Source: Trichoplax adhaerens (taxonomy: Eukaryota > Animalia > Placozoa). Taken from it: a stretch of 64,000 nt of DNA. The stretch lies in NCBI RefSeq assembly GCF_000150275.1, contig NW_002060944.1, positions 2,828,152 to 2,892,151 on the forward strand, in the 5' to 3' direction. Position 1 is the stretch's first letter, and each line of letters begins with the position of its first letter. Made by a program: the position numbers and the translations under genes. Below, one piece after another: positions 40,901 to 54,000 of the stretch. Under the pieces are notes generated by a model, which did no database searches, had not been told where the DNA came from, and saw only the letters and a list, made by a program, of their open reading frames with translations.

Positions 40901-41609
40901 GATGAATTGCTATATCTGGGCAACGTCATTAAGGAATCTCTAAGGTAATTATATATTAACAGAAAAATTATCTCAAGCAATATACATGTGTCGTGGCCAA
41001 TCCGCTAAAGTTGGCCTAGGATCTGCTTAATGTGCTTTATTGCTTAGTGTAATAATATGGTACATTCTCTTGGTAACGTTCTATAGATTATACACTCCAG
41101 CGTCTGTAACGTCCAGACAAGCTCTAAGTGATGATTATTTAGGAGTGTATTATATTCCTAAGGGTACACATGTAGTCATCAGATTCCCACACAGGCTAGT
41201 AGCTTATTTATAAATTATTAATAATCAAATCAAATGTTGGTTAGCTATAAACTATATATGGACTAAGCCTAATTTAATTAATTTTCCACTTATTAACTTA
41301 TATCTATAAATATTTAAAATGAATAGACATCCTGATTATTTTGAGGATCCAGAAATGTTTAACCCCGATAGATGGGATACCACGGCCAAAAATGTTAATC
41401 CTTATGCTTATCTGCCATTTTTGATTGGATCTAGAACATGTATAGGCTACAAGTTCGCCTTGATGGAAATGAAATTAATACTAGCAAATTTGCTAGCTAA
41501 ATTTTCCTTTAATATTGTACCGAATTTCGAATTTAAAAGAAGGCAATTTATCACAATGAAACCTGTACCAGATTTGAATCTAATGGTTTCACGAGTGGTT
41601 GATAGCTGA
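37969..41609 (+). CDS. Cytochrome P450 (paralogue B), 10 exons
   Basis: Exons approx. 37969-38082, 38652-38731, 39012-39152, 39386-39492, 39756-39988, 40169-40297, 40450-40571, 40775-40944, 41087-41194, 41327-41609. Motifs: IPGP, FMLAGHETT, KESLR, FNPDRW, heme FLIGSRTCIG. The last intron requires a GC donor. Confidence 0.95.
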
Positions 41610-43124
41610 TTGTTTTTAATCTTAATTACCCTAACTGGAAATTGCTATAACATGTGAAATGTTGTTGTACTCTAGGATAACTGAAATAAAATTTCTTTTG
41701 TAAGTCAAACTATTGCAGTAAAACTGTAAATATCTTCATATTAGGTAATTTTAAATCATAGATAAATCTAAATCCAATGTACTTTGTATTAATCCTACGA
41801 AACTTAGAAAAAATACTGTTTATCTTTTGTAGTTGAAACTATAATAATGTTGTAGAATTTAAAGCTCATTGCAATAAATTGTTATTTTATCTACAACAGA
41901 AGAGAGCTAATGTGTGTAACCCTCTTGATCTCTCAATGTTACCATGCAGCAAACTACAGTATATCGTGTTATAAAGTAAAACTGAAAACCACAGATTATA
42001 TTCATTCTTTCGAATCAAATAGTAGAATAATTCTAAATGTTTCAAATATCTTTTAATGAACTGTATCAAGTTTAACCTTTAGTAAATGAATTTATGCATG
42101 TTAATACCTTTTAGTAATAGCCTAGCTCCATCTTCGGGTATTTCGTTTCTGGTCGAAGAAAATGAACGAAAAATAGTAGATTCGTTCATTCAAGTGGGAT
42201 GCATAAAAATTTTATATGTACTTAATTATTTTTTAGTGTAATGGAAATTTTTCAGGGCGTTGGTAACACATTTACCGATAAAAGGGCATGAATTCTTGCA
42301 ATTAAGTTACACTATATCGTATAGGTATTTTGATTAAGCAACGAGTATCTCGTATAGAGACATTGAATTAATTTGTTAAGCTTTTAGTTTAATATATCAA
42401 AGCCGGCCTATCTTAGTTTGGAATTTCACTTAAAATCCTTTGAATAACCTGCATATCAGTTTATTAAGGATCTCCGTAGTAGTTCTTTCGATATTTAAAA
42501 ATCAAACAATTAATGCAAAAAACATTATGATATATTTCTTATTGTGATTCTCAAATTAGTTGTATGCCCATCGGATTAAAGTAAGCATACTGCTGCTGGA
42601 TTTCTCGTATAAATTAGTTTCTCTCCAAGATAAGCTAAATTCATTAAGTTACTATATAATATGATATTGTCTTTTGCTTATATTCCTGGATTAAAGAATG
42701 CTTTTCAGCAAAACGAAATAAAGCTACACAAACTTTATGCCACAATTATTCATGCAATAAATTTTCTGTTTTAAGAGGAATAAGTAATGCAATTATTTTA
42801 TAAAATCAATATATTAAAGTATTGAGTCATAGCACCTATGTATAGATACAGTAGAACGACTTAAATTGCATCGTTTAATGGACTAGTGAGTATTCTTCAT
42901 ATCTGTAACTAACATCTCAAAATGGCCAAATGGCGGTGCGAAGACATCCCTTCAATATTCCTCCTACAAGTTTTGTTTAAATTCCTATGATTTAAACAGT
43001 AAAACAATCAACTACTATAGTATAACATCGCTGCTATGCTGACTTTTAAAGACTTTCTATTGTAATAGTATCTTTATAGATGATAGCAACAGGTTGCGTT
43101 TGTAATATTCTATTATAAAATAAA

Positions 43125-43172
43125 ATTACTCTTTAAGACATTCTATTAAAATGGAATGTCTTAAAGAGTAAT
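43125..43172. repeat. Perfect 19-bp inverted repeat (hairpin)
   Basis: attactctttaagacattc (43125-43143) and gaatgtcttaaagagtaat (43154-43172), separated by a 10-nt spacer that can pair further. Confidence 0.9.
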
Positions 43173-45677
43173 CCTAGGGGTTATTAGCAAATATGTCACT
43201 CCTAAATAATTTTTTACCGCTTAACTCAAATAACCCAATTCTGTTTATAGACATTAAGCTAGAGAGCAATGCAATCAATTGGTCGAACACTAGACACCTC
43301 TAATATTTGTTATATTCATGAGCTACCGATACAATTTCATTTACCGAGTTATTGTGAAGATCGGTCGTGCTTAAACTGTAAAATGGTATGATCTATCTGC
43401 AATGAACTACTTCAGTAGGAGATACACGATATTAGTCACCGTAAGTTTACGAAGCCGATAAAATGATAGATATGACTAATATTAGTAAAAATAGATCTCA
43501 GGACTTCATCTGAAATGGGCGGTGGCATTAGAATTGCAACATACTGTGCCAATACAAAAATATCTCCATGAACGCTATTGTTCACGCTACTAATTGTTGT
43601 TGTTATAAATAAAAAGGAACTAAGGCGGCCGCATCATTGTTTTTATTTATGAAAATGGAAAAGTTTCACCGAATTATAACAAAGTGAAAATATCAATCTA
43701 AGGATTCGAAGTGGCTAATTCCATAATCATAGTGAAAATCTGATAAGCTGTAAATATAATTAAATGATATCTACTACTTAATCTCTTAATTATAGTTTAC
43801 AGTTAAACCTTTCTCAATAGAAAGCACGACTTATAATCCTGTGGAGAAGTTGGAATCTAGAAAAGAAAAAATTTACTGACCGGTTGTCGTCAGTGTCAAA
43901 ACATAATAGATCGATGAAAAAATTATTTTCAAATATATAAATTTATGGTTAAAACGTCATGGCGTACGTCTGCCCGGCGATAATAATATACTTTTAATAG
44001 CATTTTGTGGGGTGATATGTGAGTAGTTAGTGCAATTTATTATAGTACCTTGTAAAGGTTAGATTGCTGTGGATAGTAAATTCATTGTTCATATTCGATG
44101 GGAGGAAAAAATATAATTTAAGGCGAACTTTACCTTTTATTACGCTTTTATACTAGAAATCCACAGTAACTAACCTTAATTCAGTCAGGATATGATTAGA
44201 ATCATAACTGCAAAGCCGGTATGTTTGGTATAGTATTTCTTCCTCATCACGACCGAGCCAGTAAGAAGTACTACGTGATACTCACCTTACTGCACGAGAC
44301 ATGGGTCTTGTGACGGAATTTCTGCATTATTCATTTTCGATTTACTTGTACTGGTACTGTTCAAGGTAAAATGCCACAATTCATTTTTCACCTGAAAATA
44401 TTAGGCTATTTCCAGACTATCAGTTCTTTATATCCATTATCCGTGGCGCTGTCCAATAAAAAATTTCTTTTAAGTTTTATAGGAGATACCTTACAGAATG
44501 TACAAGATGCATAGGACAAATAATGTAGTAGTTTATAGCTATTCACCGCGTTGATGATGAATTCTTTGATGATTAATGCTTGAAAAATTATATATCTACG
44601 AAAGTAGGCATGGTCCAAGGTGACTTTGAAGTAAAGAAATTTAGATGGAATGCTTTAAAGAAACAAGACTACTACGAAACTTTTATTAAAAACTTACTAA
44701 CGCTAAAAATTTTTCATCAGGTAAGTAAAAGCCTATAACGGAGCGTTTTTGGCCATCAGGCATAAAAGGCACAGAAAGAATTTGTAAATTAAATTTTAAT
44801 TCACTATTAATTTGTCATCTAATTAAAGGTCTAGTGAATTATAAGTAGATTTTGTTTTTCCTTTATTGCTGTTTTATTATAGCAAGCAGAGACGCGAGTA
44901 ACTGTAACAAAAGAAGCAAGTTAACCTCAACCAAATGTACTATTTAGCAATATAAGTGTTTCAATTCATCACGACACTTTTTTGCTGTGAGCAATTTAAG
45001 TTTTACTGAAAATGCCATTAAAAATTTCTTTCCATGTAAGTTTCAGTGCCTTAAAATTTCCCTAATACTTCTGATTTCACTTGAAAAATTCGTTATCACC
45101 ATAACTAGTTCAGAACAAAAAATTATGTATTTAATGCCTCGAATTCATGTGAATTTAATCTAAGTAAATGTTCCGGTAAAATTATCGCTTATTCGATTGT
45201 ACTATTTACAACACTGCCTTTGTTTACCTTTTTAAAGTAAAAGTAATTAAAATTACCGGTAAATTAATTATATTGTGGCGCCACTGCAACTATAAATTTG
45301 GATACTCTTTCACAGTAAATAGTAATAATTGTTTAGAAAACACAGACATATAACTTCCTCGGATTATAAGCTTTACGAGATTTATTAACAATGGCGCATC
45401 TATAATATCAATAGCTCTGTATGGTACAAATTAAAAAAATTATCTGAGAACGAAATTAATATCGTCTTAAACTGACAATGATTTCGAAGGAATTAATAAT
45501 AAAATATAAGGTAACGCAATACTGAATGTATATTATACGTTGTATATCTATATATTTTGTGTGATATTTCTGTACGGCCAAGCGACATGATTGTTTGGCA
45601 ATTATCATCTTTTATGCTCCCTACCGTGAAACTTATCCGATTCAATCCTGTATTGTTCTTCATTGTCCATCATAGGC

Positions 45678-45684
45678 TATAAAA
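45678..45684 (+). promoter_or_regulatory. TATA box of the secreted cationic-peptide gene
   Basis: gcTATAAAA about 120 bp upstream of the ATG at 45801. Confidence 0.5.
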
Positions 45685-45800
45685 CTAACATTAAATCGTC
45701 ATATTCATTAATTTGGGCTCAGCTGTGAAAGTTTAATAGTTGCTATTTCATCAAGTTCGTTTTGACCTGATTAACAGAACCACTACGTCAATTTATCAAC

Positions 45801-47648
45801 ATGAAGTACCAAGCTGTTTTCCTATTTGCCATGCTATTCGCATTTGTTAGCTGTGATTTTACACAAGATGCTGACGAAAATTTGGACTTTGATAACGATA
45901 TTCGTGAGAGATTCGATCAAATGAACGACAACGATGATGATTTTGACAACAGTCAAAAGTCCGTGGAAGCTTCGCTAGAGTAAGCATGTACTTTGCAATT
46001 TTATAGTTTTGTAAGATCATTATTTTACATTAGTTGTATATATGTTTAATTAGCAGTATCAATATTGATTTTTTGTTCCGTTTGAAAATCTTAGGGATGA
46101 TTTCGAAAATGGCAATGATGAAGATGATAAGCACAATGTAATCAGAGTGAAATCGGTACGAGTATTAGTTCTTGTTTAGCTGATTATCACTAAAATGTCT
46201 GCGGGGTAGTTAACAATTTAGAATAAGCCTAGATCTAACTTTCTATTTCTTAAATGAAATATTTTATTTTTTACTTTTAATTCTGATAATTTCGATTTCG
46301 GAAGGAGTGATTTACGGAAATTAACTCAGGTCTCAATGTATTTGTGAGATTTGATATATTAAAGTCAAATATAGATTAAAACTAATCTTGAAAGAAAAGT
46401 TTGTTCAGCTATTTTAATTTATTACATTATCAAATATTCTTGGCTAACAGCAGACCATAATCATGTCTTGATCATGTAACTATTACAATAGACCATTTCT
46501 TAATTTATTGTTGGCAGTAAAGTACATTAAGATAGTAATTTCATTACATCAAACTAATATTCGTATAATTTTCAATTTTTCTTTACTAAATTAGATTATT
46601 ATAGCATGGTACCGTCAATTTAAAATTGTTATCGGCTGTAGTATAGAAATAATTATAATAATTCTGGTATATAGTTACTGTTTACACAAACAAAAGAAAA
46701 AATCACAGCCATATTTTCATGAATTGAAGATACTGTAGCTTATGCCATTTTAAATTACTAAAACATCGTAGTTATCGCACTTAAGTTAAAATAATACTCA
46801 TTCGATAAGTTTGGTTATATTGGCATCTAATAAGATCATTGTTTCATTGTTTTTGTAATAACTTTATTAGCATTATCGTCGCCGGTTTTTTGATGGTAAA
46901 AAATCAAATGCGGTAAGTTAGATTGGATTACTTTATAATGTATTATCGGTATATTTAAATGCAATACGAACTCCTGATTAATTATTTAACACGATTTTTA
47001 ATTTATTTCTTAATGCAATCATTCTTTATAGTAGAGTTGTCATCGATTTTTCGGTAAATAAAAATCGAAAGCAGTAAATACTTGCTCTATGTATAAATTA
47101 CTGCAATACGTTACTATTAATGATTGTTTAGTTTGTTTATACGCATATATTAAGATCATATTGCTTCCGTGCCGTTTAATGAGGTACTTTATGAATGAAT
47201 AACTATAATCATTGATTTAGTTATTCCACCCTCATCACGCCTCTGGGAGCCAAAAAGCGAGACCGTTAAAAATGTCACCTATTCCTATAACATAATCAAG
47301 AATAGAATAAAATAAAAGTTTAAATAAAATTTGATTACTTTCGATTTACTACTTAAAGCGATTTCATTCCATTACATTTCTGCAATTTTGTTACGGATGT
47401 ACTTATACTTATAGATAACCCAAAAATTTTAAGAAAACCTATTATATTCTCGAGCTATATTGTTATTATACAGCACTATAAGTAGCCATAGACATATTCA
47501 AACTGAATATAACACGTTAAGCTTTTGCTTCGATTGATTATTAAACGTAGCATTTTGTTTCGTTTTTTCATATTGAATATCTCTTTAGTGGGTTTTCCGT
47601 CGTCGTTTTTACCGTCGTCGTATTTTCGGCAGCCAAAAGCAGCACTGA
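45801..47648 (+). CDS. Secreted precursor: signal peptide + acidic propiece + Arg/aromatic cationic C-terminus (antimicrobial-peptide-like)
   Basis: Exons 45801-45979, 46095-46155, 46871-46912 and 47589-47648. A donor 3 nt after the stop leads to a 3' UTR exon from 48170. Protein: MKYQAVFLFAMLFAFVSC-DFTQDADENLDFDND...DDFENGNDEDDKHNVIRVKS-HYRRRFFDGKKSNA-WVFRRRFYRRRIFGSQKQH*. Confidence 0.8.
47032..47073 (+). other. Duplicated or degenerate copy of the 42-nt cationic exon
   Basis: tag|TAG AGT TGT CAT CGA TTT TTC GGT AAA TAA AAA TCG AAA GCA|gtaaat aligns codon-for-codon with exon 46871-46912. Using the second AG of the TAGTAG acceptor it reads SCHRFFGK*. Confidence 0.6.
47221..47295 (+). other. 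Paralogous alternative terminal exon of the cationic-peptide gene
   Basis: tag|LFHPHHASGSQKARPLKMSPIPIT* followed by AATAAA. FHPHHASGSQK aligns with FYRRRIFGSQK of exon 47589-47648 at nucleotide level. Confidence 0.5.
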
Positions 47649-48948
47649 AACGTAAGTTACATAAATTTAAAGCTTCAAGATAATTTAATATCACATGTAT
47701 TAATGGAACTTTAATGTACTTAGTAGTAATTTGTCAGAGTAGAAATCAGTTTGATAAGATCTGGGGTCTATACATAAGGTACAGTAGATATAATGTGTGA
47801 GGTTTATCAAGGAATTTTACTTGCATCCAAGATCATCTAGTTTCTCATAACCATTATGAGTTGTAGCTAATGTTCAGAGTTAATACAATACAACATAAAA
47901 TGTCCATAAATATACTTGTATCATCTAGAAACTATTACTTGATCTGTTTAGTATATTAAACAACCTTTCCGTAAATTGTTCCAAATCCTAATAAATTAAA
48001 TCTAATCTATATTGTATCGGCCGCAACGTACTAAATACAATCATGATTAATAAGTGCTAATGCTTAGTCTAATGCTAATTTCGGACTCCGATCTCTGCCC
48101 TGCATAAATTCTTAGAGTAGCTAAATATTTTAATGTTAACGTTGCCTGATTAATTATTTTTGCATTTAGAGGCCAAATCCCAGTCATCAGGTGCTTGAAT
48201 ATGGAACAAGGAAATTCATTATCGAATCTTTACGATCAAAAATGTTTCCCCAAATCATATATACAGTGTCATAGTAGTTGATTATTGTTATACTTTGTTA
48301 TTATAGGACATGAAATAATGGACTTACGAGCATTTTGTCCTACTTAGTTGACTATTGATGAGTAGTATAGCTGTTGTGCTCATATATTAAATTCTGCTTT
48401 GAAGTTTTAGTCCAACATTTTAATCCATTATAAATTGAATGTATCAATGATCTACCCATTCTCTTTAGTTTCGATTCCATGTTTTGGATAAAAATTACTG
48501 CTTGGATGTTTTGTAAAATGCTGTACTGCTATATGTCTTAATAAATATCAACCCGCTATTTTTTTTATCTCAATTTTGGTACTCTTCCTTGATCTTCATT
48601 ACTGTGAGACTGTTTGAAAATATACCAGTACCAGTCTACTGTCATACAAAAGCATTGCAAACCAGTGGAACTAGGAATTACTGATTGAATTAAACGTTTA
48701 ACTGCAGTACTATACTATGCTGTGCAGCACTGTGCAATCAAATTATACGCCACTTGTGTTGACAGCTCGGAAATACAGTCGTGTTGTTGCCTTATTGGCT
48801 AATCTTCCCTTAATATATTATAGCTAACCTTAGCGTCATCCTTAATACGTACATTAGTACCTATTGCATGTTTTAAGACCTTATATAAAATGGTACCAAT
48901 AATTATTTCTTTATAATTACTGTATTCCTTAATTTTAACTGTACTTAG

Positions 48949-49258
48949 TGTGATGGAGGGTTCGATATCTCGAGGATTGAGATTTAGTCGCCATTTACAA
49001 TTATTACACCAAAGGGTTTATAAAAGTTATGCTTTATTGTAGGTTAGTAATGTGAAGTACAGTGAGGTAGTTACGGTAGATCAGCGTGCAAGCTGTCGTG
49101 AGTAACGAGTAGAAGTATTAGACTGTGAGAGACTAACTAGAAGACTAACTGAGAGGCTAATGAACTCTGAGGTAGAAATCGCCGGTATTTATAGTTTTAA
49201 AGATAGAGCACATGCAGAGAATAGGATTGTGGAATTAGATACAACATATACCATAACA
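48949..49258 (-). mobile_element. Possible solo-LTR-like remnant
   Basis: Ends are tgtgatgg...ccataaca (7/8 inverted, TG..CA). On the minus strand, TATAAATA (49193-49186) is followed by AATAAA (49038-49033). No target-site duplication was found. Confidence 0.3.
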
Positions 49259-49642
49259 GGTTACAAAATAGCAGATGATTGTAGAAAACAGCGAGTACCG
49301 TAATAACTAAATACAGTAGTCTATATATGAATGTAGAGTAAGCGGACTGTAGATCTGTCTAAATATAAGAGCAATACAACATGTCTATATTTAAGAGTAG
49401 AATACAGTTACAGTATGTTCTAAATACACTACACTTAGTAGTACTATAATAGTTCTTTGACTGATATTTTACGGTATATATTAGTGAATTGAAGACCGTA
49501 AAAGCTGCGATAGTGACCCTGGCAAATGCCCTTACTACAGCCTTGAAAATAATGTCGGAGTGGAACATTACAGGGACGTAATGTCATTTGTACAGTATGA
49601 TATAGTATTACTGACCGTCAAATTATTGTCATAGTAGCCAAG

Positions 49643-49685
49643 GCATGGCCCACTAGAAAGAAATCTTCCTTCTAGTAGTCCAAGG
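49643..49685. mobile_element. Ultra-short palindromic insertion (CCATGGACTACTAGA family), copy 2
   Basis: gcatggcccactagaa...ttctagtagtccaagg, flanked by ccaag/tcaag. Confidence 0.55.
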
Positions 49686-49770
49686 TCAAGCAAAATATTG
49701 CTATCACCTTATACAATATTCTCAGAGGCAATAAAAAAATCTGGAGTAGTATCTACAAATAAAATTGATG

Positions 49771-49951
49771 TTGGCTGAGTGATTCAACCGCTGTATATCT
49801 AATTTATCTACTGACTCACTTGAGCCAGTAAATAAGTTCGATCTAAGTGTAACATATATATTATATAATATGAGGATAAACAACGTGATAACGTACTTCT
49901 ATAGAGTTTTAATCGAAGTCTTGTAAAATAGCAGTTGTATCACTCAGCCAA
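49771..49951. repeat. 22-bp inverted repeat pair (20/22) enclosing ~137 bp; MITE-like
   Basis: ttggctgagtgattcaaccgct (49771-49792) vs agcagttgtatcactcagccaa (49930-49951). No clear TSD. Confidence 0.55.
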
Positions 49952-50085
49952 GTTACTTACCATTAGTATCCGTAATATCAAACTCATAATCATAACTAAC
50001 TATATCCTGTAAATCAGTGATCATTTGTAAAGTTAAAGGTCAAGTGACGTATAACACGAGAAGTATAACGAGCGGGGAATCGATT

Positions 50086-50640
50086 AGATCAATTGATTAG
50101 TGTATAACTATTGTTACAAATAATGTAAAGTAAAAAAGTACAAGTACTGTATATCTAGACTGTGTGCTGTGTGTAAAGTATAACAAGTGTGGATCTACGA
50201 TTAAAATATAACAAGACTTTTAAGTCGAAGTATGTTAAACGTGGATCATTAGTTAGTGTATAACGATTGTTACATATAATGTAAAGTAAAAAATACAAGT
50301 ACTGTATATCTAGACTGTATGCTGTGTGTAAAGAATAATAAGTGTGGATCTACGATTAAATATAACAAGACTTTCAAGTCGAAGTATATTAAACATTTGG
50401 ATCATTAGTTAGTGTATAACGACTATTGCATATAATGTAAAGTAAAAAATACAAGTACCGCATATCTAGACTTTATACAGAGTGTAAAGTATAATAAGTG
50501 TGGATCTATGATTAAATATAACAAGATTTAAGTCGAAGTATATTAAACGTGGATCTACGATTAAATGTAACAAGATTTAAGTCGAAGTATAATAAACGAT
50601 CTACGAGTAGATATAACAAGATTTAAGTAACGATAACAAG
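50086..50640. repeat. Tandem repeat: three ~156-bp units followed by ~40-bp sub-unit copies
   Basis: tagtgtataac recurs at 50098, 50254 and 50410 (period 156). The tail repeats gatctacgattaaatataacaagatttaagtcgaagtata. Confidence 0.9.
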
Positions 50641-51023
50641 AGTTCAATAGCAAACATACCAAATAATTATAAGCTACTTTGTATTATGATGCACTCAAGA
50701 ACTCTACAAACTGACTACTGCAGCACTGATGATGATGTCATAATTGCATTACAGTACTGCATCGAATGTTGACATGCTAACGCTACACTCAGAGTCTACA
50801 GTACAGTGCTGTAATATGTCTCATACACACAAGCGCACAGACAGTAAAACCATATGATCGCTTGTAGAGGCCGTTAATGCTGCATAAATTTATTAAAGTA
50901 AAAGTGATTACTCATTACTAGATAGGCAGTTTTGGTTAAATTGACTAAATTGCGTTACAGCGACTTTTTCTAAAACTCGTTATTCATTTCATTTAGTGTA
51001 GACATCGCTGGCATCAAATTAAA

Positions 51024-54000
51024 ATGATTTTTGATATTTCAAACTTATCATGGCCAAGCATTGTTATCACTGGGGTAATTACTTGGTTTATTTATCTCCA
51101 ATTTATTCGCAGATTCCTAACACCGTTACGTAAGGTAAGCTAAGCATGTAAAATAATAAAGCTACAGTTATTTAGATTACATTTTTATCCATGATTGGTG
51201 TAAATTATCACTATTACTTAGCTACACTGTACTAAAGATCTACTGTCTATGCATCATGTGATTTAAATCGTTGTAGACACGGTATATGTGCAATTGGGTA
51301 TGTTATATCTGGCCGATCAGTAAAATATATTTTAATAGAATGTACTATACAAAATAGCCTAAAGTAGCGATGATATTCATGCCTGATATCAACTATTTTC
51401 ATTATCATTAAGAAATCACTCCGTTATGTTCAAGATATAAACTCCAAATGCATTATTCTATCGTAGCTGCCTGGACCTGAAACTTGGTCTTTAACTGGAA
51501 ATCTAGGTGAAATTATACGGGAACCACCAGTCGATCCTTACATAAAGTTAGAATAATAATAATGTTAATCCTTTGCTAATTGATTTAGAATGGAATCATC
51601 ATTCTATTATACTTATACTTTTAATCTGAAATCATACTTTGCATGCCCATAATATTGCAGAGACAAACTTTGGGTTCATAGATACTTCCTGATAATAGCA
51701 AACGCATCCGTTTTGTTACTTACGTCTGATATAATCAAGTCAAAATTCGACAGTAATGATAAATAATGACGTATATAATAATTTAAAACTGTTGATAAAT
51801 TTCAGATGGGCTAACAAGTATGGTGGAATCTTACGATATAGCAGATTATTTGGCAAATATCGAGTCGCCGCAATAGATCCTGATGCCATCAAACATATCC
51901 TTGTTACGCACAGCTCGAGATATAGTAAACCTAAGGGATTTATAACGTAAGATGCATGACGATTTGTAACTTACAAACATTGTAGTTACCAAGAAAGCGA
52001 CTTGTATATAGAGCATGGATTTATATTGTACAGTACGACATACACTCCTGGATACACAAAGTTAAAAAAGTCATTCTGAGACAAGTCGATATCATGTGAT
52101 CCCACTCTGTTGTAATTTCCTAAAAATTGAATCTATTACTACCTAATATTACAGAATTTCAGTGTGTCGTTCGCTGTTTCATATCTTACCCTTTCACAGT
52201 ACATAGTGCGGAGCACAATGTGCTGTGAAAGACTGACTTAAAAGCGGATTACGGTAGATACGCAATAGTTGATTTAAGATACGAGATTCGCTATAGGAAA
52301 TTGTATATCCTGTTTGCGATTAAGTGTCTTCAAAATGATAAAACAAGAACTGCAGTTTCTTGTAAGTTTGACTTTATTACGTAAGTTGGATCGTCTTACA
52401 ACTATTATAATCTAAATCTTTAGCTAATTTGGGGCTGCTCTATACTGTTATTTACTGTTAATACACATTACGTCTTATGATCTGTCATTTAGCACTTTAA
52501 GGCCACTACTAGGCAATGGATTATTTACAGCTGGTGATAAGGATCATTCTCAACAGAGAAAATTAATTAATCCGGCCTTTAAATATGCTAAATTAAAGGG
52601 TAAAATTGAATTTATAATTTGTACAGCTTTGTAACTAAATATATTGTTCCTCTAGCATTCATTCACAAATCATAACCAATTTGCGAATCATAAATAAATA
52701 CAATGTATACTGTATCAAATCAATCAACAGCATGCACTGCATATTGTATGTAAAGTAAGTAGAATGCTATTTTAACATTGCTACGATTAAATACGTGTAA
52801 GTACTATAATTTAGATTTAAGTAATATTCAGGATACAGCTCAGATGCAATCAACAGTTGGTATCATATTTCCTGTCAATGGATATAGCAAGTTAATTATA
52901 TCTTGATATTGGTGTATATATACAGGTATGGTCTCAGTATTTGAAAGTTACACCAAAGAGTTTATACAATTTTGGCAGTATAAGCTAGAAGAAACTAAAA
53001 ATAGTCAAACATATACTGAAGTTCAGGCACAGGATGATCTTACTCGTTTAACCTTAGACATTATTTGTCGGTGCGCTTTTGGATACGAATGCAATGCAGT
53101 ATTGAATCCAGACGATGAAATAACTAAATCTTTACAATCAATGTTTTCTGGTAGTGATCTTTCGTGAGTCTTGATCATAAGATTGAATGCTCATGATGTG
53201 ACGATTAGTGTGTGATTCAATTATGATGCTTGTTATTGCTGCACTACAGATGGAAGGATTTACTTCCGCTTTACTCCTACTTACCGACGAAGGCAAAAAA
53301 GCGACGCCAGCAAGCTCTGACCACTATTAAAAATAAAGTGAACGAAGTTATAGATATAAAAATGTCACAGAATACAAACGCAGACTGTACGTTTCTCTAA
53401 TGATTAGCTTACTTTATAAATGCATTTTCAGGCATGTATTAATACAATCTCGAATTTTTTTAACGCTATCGTTTCAACATATAGCTGACAGTTCCTTGTT
53501 GGATATTCTTCTATCATTAAGAGATCAGAAAACTGGTCAAGGTCTGACAAAGGAAGGATTATACGATCAGGTCGTTACCTTCATGTTCGCTGGTCACGAG
53601 GTAAATTTTATGTAGCTCTTTCCTAGTCACCTTGATACATGGCGATGCGGGCAATACTATCCGCTTATTAAACGTCTCGCTATTTGAATAATAAATTAAA
53701 AGTCACTTATTGAATAGTTACTTGTTACGATGTATATACTGTGAATTTAGATTTAAAAACGGTATAATCAATCCCTAGGGACATTGGATATCTAACAGTA
53801 TTAATACCTAGTCTTAAATATCTGTATTTTTCAATTATTTTCTTTGCCAATAGTTAGTTCTCTCGTTCTACAGTTTTAATCTACTACAGAGATACCGTGA
53901 ATTTCATTATTATGGTATTGAGCGTTTGTAGTAATCTGGTTTTATTACTGCTGATTGCTAATTATTAAAATTGTAGACCACAAGCGTTTGCCTGTCGTGG

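Noticed and set aside
41887-44900. Scattered splice-like signals and short ORFs on both strands between CYP B and the peptide gene
   Set aside because: Could not be assembled into a convincing protein; possibly a lncRNA or decayed repeat.
50086-50640. Tandem array considered as a CRISPR-like repeat-spacer array
   Set aside because: Units are contiguous near-identical 156-bp copies with no unique spacers, the context is eukaryotic, and there are no cas genes.
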